Source: Chlamydiales bacterium
Lineage (GTDB): Bacteria; Chlamydiota; Chlamydiia; Chlamydiales; JBDQID01
Assembly (NCBI GenBank): GCA_047611865.1
Contig: JBLFWS010000057.1
Coordinates: 1-18,373, forward strand
Length of the DNA stretch: 18,373 nucleotides
Reading direction: 5' to 3'
The notes under the pieces were generated by a model that was given only the letters and a program-made list of their open reading frames with translations, was not told where the DNA came from and searched no databases. The position numbers and the translations under genes are program-made. Shown here one piece after another: positions 7,906-15,400 of this stretch; within the stretch, counting starts at the first letter, position 1, and every line of letters begins with the position of its first letter.

Positions 7906-8997
7906 ATGATGGATTATCCCGGAAGAGAAGGTCAAGCATGCCCTGATGAGAGTATAATGAAAATTTTAGAGGGTATTGGAGTAATGGGTTCAGTTTCTGT
8001 TGATGCTAACGGAGATTATTCTGATGGCTTAGGAAATTTCATTCACTTCTTAGGTGGAGCACCTTATGAAATGCAGCCGTTGAGGTTTCTGGATATAGTC
8101 TATGTTGCGGACCGGCCAAAGTGTACAGAGATTCTTAATTATGTTGCGACTACTGGAAAAATGGGACAGGAATCTCTGAGGTTTGAACTGTCTCATCCAT
8201 TAAGTAAACTCATACCCTGCCAAATCATTGCTTTCCCTGCTAAGCTGGAGCATCCATCACCGAATATTCGTTTAGTAGCTCTTCCTGAAAAAGAAATACA
8301 AGAAATTTCATCAAGAGACCTTCAAAATCATAAATTGTTAAATATAGGGGCTCTTTCTACAGCCATAGCACACGACTTATGTAATCTTCATGCAGGAATA
8401 CTTACTTTTACAACGATGCTTATCCGTAATCAGGATAATGTCGATCAACTGAAATATATTCAGACAATTGAAGAAACTGTGCATAGGGCAAATGAATTAA
8501 CTTCAAATATTCTTCAATATGCCCGAGGGTATTCGCCAGAACAGAGTCTAGAAGATCCGATAGAATGCATACAAAGTATTTCAAAACTGGCGAGGAATAC
8601 TTTATCAAGCAATGTAAAATTCAGTTTGTCATTACCTGAAAAGTCAGTGCCTTTAAATATACAAAGGTGTGATCTGTGCCAAATATTTCTTAATTTATTT
8701 TTTAATGCAAAAGATGCGATTAAGGAAAATGGCTATATTCGAGTAGAAGGAAAGTATACAAATATAGATGCAATTGAATACTTTGTTTTAGAGGTGGAAG
8801 ATAGTGGGCCTGGGATTTCTCCGAAAGATCTAGGAATGATTTTTGAGCCTTTCTATACCACTAAGAAAAAGACAGATTCTTCAGGCTTAGGTTTAGCCAT
8901 CATCAAACAAATTATAACAAGAGCAGAAGGGGATGTGAAGATTCAATCTCAAAAAGGTCAGCCAACCTGCTTTTCTATTTTTCTCCCTACAACCTGA
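7906..8997 (+). CDS. Soluble sensor histidine kinase (N-terminal possible PAS-like region, HisKA, HATPase_c)
   Basis: H-box AIAHDLCN (His codon 8371-8373), N-box QIFLNLFFNAKDA, G1 EDSGPGI, F-box IFEPFYTTK and G2 SGLGLAI. No TM helix and no receiver domain. Confidence 0.9.
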   Translation: MMDYPGREGQACPDESIMKILEGIGVMGSVSVDANGDYSDGLGNFIHFLGGAPYEMQPLRFLDIVYVADRPKCTEILNYVATTGKMGQESLRFELSHPLSKLIPCQIIAFPAKLEHPSPNIRLVALPEKEIQEISSRDLQNHKLLNIGALSTAIAHDLCNLHAGILTFTTMLIRNQDNVDQLKYIQTIEETVHRANELTSNILQYARGYSPEQSLEDPIECIQSISKLARNTLSSNVKFSLSLPEKSVPLNIQRCDLCQIFLNLFFNAKDAIKENGYIRVEGKYTNIDAIEYFVLEVEDSGPGISPKDLGMIFEPFYTTKKKTDSSGLGLAIIKQIITRAEGDVKIQSQKGQPTCFSIFLPTT

Positions 8998-9014
8998 CAG
9001 ACTTCTGTCAGGTT
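8991..9014 (+). terminator. Perfect 10-bp hairpin overlapping the kinase stop codon (terminator or mRNA-stabilising stem)
   Basis: AACCTGACAG-ACTT-CTGTCAGGTT. There is no clear U-tract, so the function is uncertain. Confidence 0.45.
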
Positions 9015-9139
9015 CACCGTATTGAACTTATGTCGATTTTACTAGTAAAGAAGCTTACATTTCGCTAAGCTATTTAATTTGAGAGGTCTCGTATGCAAGG
9101 GATCTGTCCGATCTAAAGCAAGGTAAAAACGGTAACAAT

Positions 9140-10678
9140 ATGCAAGAAATCCTTTTAAATATTGAGTCAAAAGAACAACGCTTAGCACTTCTTCGAAACG
9201 GCCAGCTGCAAGACCTCACAATTGAACGGAGGAAGGATCGTCAGCTCACTGGTAATATATATAAAGGGCGTGTTACCAATATTTTACATAATATTCAGTC
9301 AGCCTTCATAGATATTAATGAAGGAGATAACGGCTTTATCCATATCTCAGATATTATTGAGAATACGAAAAAATTTGAGCAAATGTTCGATATGGATTTC
9401 GATCTTCACTATGATATTAGGTCTCTTGATGCCAAACAAGAAAGAGATATGAGTATCGAGCAAAAGATGAAATTGGACCAGTCAGTACTGGTTCAAGTGA
9501 TCAAAGAACCGATAGGCTCAAAAGGCGCACGCCTGACATCAAATATATCTATTACTGGTAGATACTTAGTGTTACTTCCTAATTCCAGTCATCGTGGCGT
9601 ATCTCGTAAAATTGAGGATCAGGCTTCAAGGAACAGGCTTCGAAAATTGATCAGAGCTTTTGAAATGCCACAGAATCTGGGACTGATCTGTAGGACAGCT
9701 AGTAGAAATGCCAACATTGAACTGCTAGTAGAGGAAGCTAATGACCTCTTGAAGATCTGGGAAGGGATTATGGAGAATTTTCATAAGGCAACGGGCCCAG
9801 AATGTCTTTTCCAGGAATCAGATCTGATTAAAAGAGCGGTTATGCAATCCGTGGATAAAAAATATGATAGAATTCTTGTTGATGACTATGCCACGTATCA
9901 ATCCTGCAAACGTCAATATAGTAAGTATGCACATGAACATCCTCTACGCATTGAATATTATCGCGATAAAATACCGATGTTTGAGCGTTTTTATGTAGAG
10001 CGAGAGATCGATAAAACACTGCGCAGAAAAATATGGCTTCCAGGTGGTGGATATCTCTTTTTTGATAAAACAGAGGCGATGTACACAATTGACGTAAACT
10101 CAGGGCGTAGTACCAGCACTAATGAAAACGTAGAAGAAACACTAGTACGTGTCAATCTAGAAGCAGCAGAAGAAATTGCCCGACAACTAAGGTTGAGAAA
10201 TGTAGGGGGCTTGATTATTTGTGACTTTATCGATATGAGAACTCGAAAAAACCAAAGACGCGTTCTTGATCGCCTAAAAGGTTGCATGAAAGAGGATTCT
10301 GCCAAGTGCACAATACTTAGAATGAGTGAATTTGGGCTCGTTGAGATGACACGCCAAAGGCAAAGAGAGTCATTATTACAGACGTTACTAACAGAATGTC
10401 CTTATTGTTCAGGGGCAGGTGTAGTTAAAAACCACGAGAGTATATCGATAGAAATCGAAAGAGCCTTGAAAAAAGTTATTAACTGCTCTCGCCAGTACGC
10501 AATAAAAGTGATATTTCATCCTGAACTTGACCGCTATCTTAATGTATCAGAGAAAAAGCATATTCAGGGAATCGCAGAGAATTTAAATGCTCATCTTGAA
10601 TTTGGATCTGATGATAGCTTGCACATTAATGATTTTCATTTTTACTCTACTATTAACGGCAAACGGATTGATGTGTAG
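9140..10678 (+). CDS. rng: Rne/Rng-family ribonuclease (RNase G/E, chlamydial CafA)
   Basis: S1 domain (GNIYKGRV, AFIDI, GFIHISD), KEPIGSKGARLT, IDVNSG, GGLIICDFIDM, GLVEMTRQR and Zn-link CPYCSG. 512 aa with no long C-terminal scaffold. Confidence 0.95.
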   Translation: MQEILLNIESKEQRLALLRNGQLQDLTIERRKDRQLTGNIYKGRVTNILHNIQSAFIDINEGDNGFIHISDIIENTKKFEQMFDMDFDLHYDIRSLDAKQERDMSIEQKMKLDQSVLVQVIKEPIGSKGARLTSNISITGRYLVLLPNSSHRGVSRKIEDQASRNRLRKLIRAFEMPQNLGLICRTASRNANIELLVEEANDLLKIWEGIMENFHKATGPECLFQESDLIKRAVMQSVDKKYDRILVDDYATYQSCKRQYSKYAHEHPLRIEYYRDKIPMFERFYVEREIDKTLRRKIWLPGGGYLFFDKTEAMYTIDVNSGRSTSTNENVEETLVRVNLEAAEEIARQLRLRNVGGLIICDFIDMRTRKNQRRVLDRLKGCMKEDSAKCTILRMSEFGLVEMTRQRQRESLLQTLLTECPYCSGAGVVKNHESISIEIERALKKVINCSRQYAIKVIFHPELDRYLNVSEKKHIQGIAENLNAHLEFGSDDSLHINDFHFYSTINGKRIDV

Positions 10679-10687
10679 ACTCTACAT

Positions 10688-11683
10688 ATGGAATTTCTAC
10701 TAGAATTGAAGAAATGCGAAGAACAGGGGGAAATTCCTGGTAAGTGCTTATGTATTCTCAAAGACATGTATAAAAGTTATCAACATACCTACGAATCTAA
10801 TGGTATGAGCCTTGAACTTCTTGAGGGCATGTACTCGACTTTACTAGGCTTGGTTAAAGTTCAAGTTTCTAATCCATTTGTTTTTGAGCCCTTTCATCAA
10901 AGGAAAACTGAACCTTTTGACTATTATGGTTTCGGTTTGGACTTTATCCGGCCGCTTGTTGACCTGGATAAATCCGCAGTCAGAGGGATTCAAAATGTTG
11001 ACAGAATGGTGAAGCAAATTCAAAGTGGTGATAATGTTATTCTTTTAGCCAATCACCAAACTGAGCCAGATCCCCAGATTATCAGTATTCTATTAGAAGA
11101 AACACATTCAAGTTTTGCTGCAGATATGATTTTTGTTGCAGGAGATCGAGTTACTACAGACCCATTGGCTAGTACATTCAGTATAGGTCGGAATCTGCTA
11201 TGTATCTACTCTAAAAAACATATTGATGATGTACCTAAGCTTAAGGAAGAGAAGCAAAGACATAATAAGCGCACTATGCAGCTTATGAGTGAATTGCTTT
11301 CAGAAGGGGGCAAGTGTATTTTTGTAGCTCCAAGTGGAGGGCGTGATCGGCTTAACCCTCAAGGAGTTCTGGAAGTTGCATCATTTGATCCCCAAAGCAT
11401 AGAAATGTTTAGTTTGATGACTCAAAGAGCAAAGTCTAACTCTCACTTTTATCCACTCACTCTTGCAACTTACCCCATTGCTCCACCACCTCAAAGTATT
11501 GAGCGAGAAGTCGGAGAGAGACGATCATTGGAGCGTAAAGGTGCTGTAATTTCTTTTCTTGATGAGGTGGAACTGTCTAGTATTCCAAATTCTGACTCAA
11601 AGGATAAGCGTTTGAATCGCTTACGTAGGGCAGATTATATATGGTCTCTTGTAAATGAAGAACATAAGAATTTAATAGCTTAG
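10688..11683 (+). CDS. plsB: Soluble plant/plastid-type glycerol-3-phosphate acyltransferase (chlamydial PlsB/PlsE)
   Basis: Catalytic HxxxxD (NHQTEPD) plus VAGDRVTTDPL, FSIGRNLLCIYSKKH and APSGGRDR, characteristic of the plastid ATS1/chlamydial GPAT family. Confidence 0.92.
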   Translation: MEFLLELKKCEEQGEIPGKCLCILKDMYKSYQHTYESNGMSLELLEGMYSTLLGLVKVQVSNPFVFEPFHQRKTEPFDYYGFGLDFIRPLVDLDKSAVRGIQNVDRMVKQIQSGDNVILLANHQTEPDPQIISILLEETHSSFAADMIFVAGDRVTTDPLASTFSIGRNLLCIYSKKHIDDVPKLKEEKQRHNKRTMQLMSELLSEGGKCIFVAPSGGRDRLNPQGVLEVASFDPQSIEMFSLMTQRAKSNSHFYPLTLATYPIAPPPQSIEREVGERRSLERKGAVISFLDEVELSSIPNSDSKDKRLNRLRRADYIWSLVNEEHKNLIA

Positions 11684-11704
11684 GTTTTTCTATTCCTGCT
11701 AATC

Positions 11705-12015
11705 CCCGGATCACTACTCAAATCTGAACTCAATGAACAATACGTTTATGCGTTTTTGCATAAAAGATGCGTCTACAAGAGTCTTATGATTAACATTTTA
11801 CCACCGAGATCACAGAGGGCACAGAGAAAATAAAAAATCACAGATCAGTTGATAGCATATTCTGAGAGACTTTATGCATTTTTCTATCTCTCTGTGTTCT
11901 CGGTGCTCTCTGTGGTTAAATAAATTATTGTAACGTATTAAGTTATGCAATAACGCCATACGTTTATGCTAAAACGTGTAATGCCCAGCAAGAAAGATTT
12001 GGGTAGTAATCCGGG
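11705..12015. mobile_element. 311-bp MITE-like element with 21-bp terminal inverted repeats
   Basis: CCCGGATCACTACTCAAATCT (11705-11725) versus AGATTTGGGTAGTAATCCGGG (11995-12015) match 19/21 as inverted repeats. CTAA occurs just outside both ends (11699-11702, 12017-12020). No coding capacity. Confidence 0.7.
11796..11920. repeat. CACAGAG-type palindromic repeat nested in the MITE-like element
   Basis: Left arm TTTTACCACCGAGATCACAGAGGGCACAGAGA and right arm TCTCTGTGTTCTCGGTGCTCTCTGTGGTTAAA match 26/32 as inverted repeats. Each arm holds three CAC[A/C]GAG units at 9-bp period. Confidence 0.8.
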
Positions 12016-12433
12016 TCTAAGAGACACATTATCTAAGTATGTAGATTTTCTTTAGTATATCCAATCCAATTTTTAAGATAAAATTCACTAAAAAATAGAT
12101 ATTAGATATTGTGCCGTTTTTATATATTCAGATTTAATCATTGTGAGATGAATTTGAACTTTCATCAGGTAGTTGGGAAGAGAAAGAGATGTCTTTTATA
12201 GATAATTAGGATTAGAGGAGATAAAAAAACAGTGTTTTCATTAAAAAATATTTTTAGGAAAAAATGGAGTTTTCCACAAAAAAACGAAAAAAAGTCTTTA
12301 AAAATTTTATATTAATTCTAGAATGTTATATATAAGGGAAAACAGTGTATATAGAAGCTGACTTGACCAACCGGCGCGGTTATATCTGATGGATATGACG
12401 AACAGGCATATGGCGAACAAAGGGGTTACATCC

Positions 12434-15400
12434 ATGAATACAAGTAAGCGCTATCTCTGGATAATCACCGTTCTCGGTATAGCATGGACTACGAGCCCGT
12501 TAATGGCTCTAGAGCTTCCATTCTATTGGATGAATGAGAGTGATGGTGAATCCGATCAAAAAGAAAGCGTTCAAGAGCTTAATCGGGATCAGGATAGCCC
12601 ACGAGAACTTACAGCAAAAGAAGTCAGGGAATCCAAGCCAGCTTTTACAAAATTTGAATTACAAAATTATCTTGTAAAGAATTCCAGCACAGACGAAGAA
12701 GGCTCAACCATTCTCTTTGACTTTGAAGATGAATTAAAAGCCACTGAGGAGTCTTTGCGAGCGGCAAATGAGAAAGAGAAAGAGAAAGAAGAAAATAATG
12801 AGATTGCCGTATTAGAAAATGCTGACGATTCAAAATCTTCGAATGATTACTTTGCTGAATACGATCAGTTCTTACTGGAATCTGACATTTTAACTTCACC
12901 TGAGGATAGTTCTGAAGCTAATGAGCCCGTAGAGCTTCTGACCGGATCCGAGCAAATAGAAGAGAATGGTGATTTTCAAGCTCCAAGAATCGACTCACAG
13001 AAAAATAATGAAACAGCTTCAGCATTTGATAATGAGAATTTTGGCTTTGACTCTTCGGTGTTTATAAAAAGTCCCGAAAAAGAAGAGGAAGGAATCAATT
13101 CACAAAGCGATTCCAAATTTGTAGATCTTGACTCGACTGCGAAAGTTGATAAGTATGACGATACAGAAAACCTATTTACAGAATCTAAGACAGTGTCTTT
13201 GGAAAGAGATTTCTCTACACAAGATCTTGAGGCAAATCCTACTGAAACAGAAAGGGCCTTGTCAGAATCCAAAGAACTAATGAAAGATTCGGATCTTCTT
13301 CTTCTGGAAACAGAAAAGCTTTTTGTAGAAAGGCAGGATCGTATTGAAGAGAAAGAAAAATTATCTAGAGAATTTGAAGGTGTAGATGATACTTCAATAG
13401 TAGAGAATGTGGAACAAGCTTTGGAAAGCAATACAGAATTGGCTGAGTCCGAGGAAGGGCTTTTAGAGCAGAATTCTAATACGGACTTGAATTTCTTTTC
13501 AGATTCAGAAAAAACTGCCGAAGAACCTAAGGAGTATCTTTTCGAAGATGCTTCCTTTGATTCAGGAAGTAAATCATTTGAATTCGAGGATGACTTATTC
13601 ACAAATTCTCAACAGGAAGAAGTTTCGATCGAATTTGAGAAGGGGTTAACTACTACGATTGAAAATTCACCTATATTATCTATAGTTGAAAGTGATTTGC
13701 AGGAAGCTGAACTTGGTGATCAAAATAAAGGCCTTTCTTTAGGTTTAGAAAAAGATTCTGTTGACGATATATTTGAAATAGCTCCATCTTCGCAAGACGA
13801 AAACCATTTGTTTTCTTCCGAAGAAGAACTATCTATAGAACCGGAAGAACTTGTCCTCGAAACTCAAAACGAATCTTCTGATTCAGAAGATATATTGACA
13901 GAATCTGACCAACTCTTGATTGAATCTGACTTGCTCCTCTCTGAAACTGATAAGCTTTTTTCAGAAAGAGAAGAAGTAGAGGCTGAAGTTTTTGAAGAGG
14001 AAGTCCCTCAGCCTTTATTCGAAGAAGAATTTGCTGTTCACCCGACTTTCGAAATAGAAAATGATACGACCACGGAAGAGGCTGCAGTAATAGAGACTTC
14101 TAATATATCAATAGGTGAAATTCCTCCTGCACCTCTTTCTATATCTGTTGAAGAAGCAAACATTAGCAAACCTACTGCAGAAGCTTCATCCGATTCTTCT
14201 ATCTATGAGCAGTCATTGTTTGTAGAGACAAAGTGGCCAGACTATAGTAATGAAGGAAAGGCTGAGCTAAGAGCAGCCACTAAGGAAGAAAAGAAAACGG
14301 AAGTGGAAGCAGTAGTTACCCAGGTAACTCCAGCCTATACGATTGTAGAAGACAAGATGAAAACGCCTATCTTGACTCCGTCTTTAGTAGAACGTAAAAC
14401 GTTAAAGCTCCGATTGTCAAATGGTCTTGAAGCCTACATAATCTCAGATCCTGATGTAAATAATTCAGGAGCTGCATTGGCGGTAGAAGCCGGAAGTTGG
14501 CTTGACCCTGAAGATCGCCCTGGATTAGCCCACTTCGTTGAGCACATGCTTTTCTTGGGAACAAGTCAATTCCCTGATGAATCTGAATACAAGTCATTTA
14601 TTCAGGGGCACAATGGTCATAGCAATGCCTATACTAGTGGTGATCATACGACTTATGGGTTTTCTATAGATAATGACTCTTTTGAGGAAGGCTTTGAGCG
14701 CTTTGCTTGGCTTTTTATTGATCCTTTGTTTAGCGAATCAGGCATAGGTCGAGAACTTCAGGCGGTAGATCAGGAATTTGCAAGAAGTATTGAGAACGAT
14801 CGCGTTCGCCGAGTTTTTGTTCACAAGGAAATTGGTAACCGCTACCATCCTGATACAAATTTTCACTTTGGTAATCATCAAAGCCTAGGTGGCATTACCC
14901 GTGAAGAAGTTAGAGAGTGGTACGAGGGACACTACAGTGCTGACTTGATGCGCCTCGTAATCTACACACCTTTACCTTTATCAAAGGTTGAAAACCTTGT
15001 TGTTAAGCATTTCACTGCAGTGAAGAATACTGGTGCAAAAGCCATATCACCACAAACAACGCTGACTTCTCCTACTTACGATGCGAACATTGCTTATATA
15101 ACTCCTATGAAAGATATGAGTACTTTATCATTAGAGTGGGAGCTTTCAACGGAGTTTGCTCTGGATAAAGAAAACAAGACGATGGATGTTGTGGCTCATG
15201 TTTTAGGGCATGAAGGGGAAGAAAGCCTTTTAGCACAATTAAAAAGAGAAGAATTGGGAGAGTCCCTTATCGCAAGCGGCGTAAATGTAGGTCCGAATAA
15301 TGCGATTTTCAATCTGGAGATTAAACTAACAGATAAGGGCATCCATGATGTAGACAGCGTAATTGAAAGATGCTTTCAAGCAATCTCATACTTTAAGAGT

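Noticed and set aside
7324..10311. Short minus-strand ORFs (7324-7542, 7692-7901, 8420-8608, 9840-10088, 9991-10311)
   Set aside because: They lie antisense to longer, better-supported plus-strand genes.
11740..11969. CRISPR-like array from the 12-bp direct repeats or the CACAGAG units
   Set aside because: The repeats are too short and too few, there are no regular unique spacers, and no cas genes are present.
12363..12390. TTGACC -35-like hexamer and a GGCGC sigma54-like motif upstream of ptr
   Set aside because: No -10 box at 16-18 nt spacing and no GC at the -12 position.
12389..12433. Upstream ATGs for ptr
   Set aside because: The ATG at 12434 has the better RBS and places the signal peptide at the N-terminus. 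The upstream starts cannot be excluded.
12976..13602. 208-aa Ser-rich antisense ORF (and other minus-strand ORFs within ptr)
   Set aside because: Expected by-product of GAA/GAT/TCT-rich low-complexity coding on the opposite strand.
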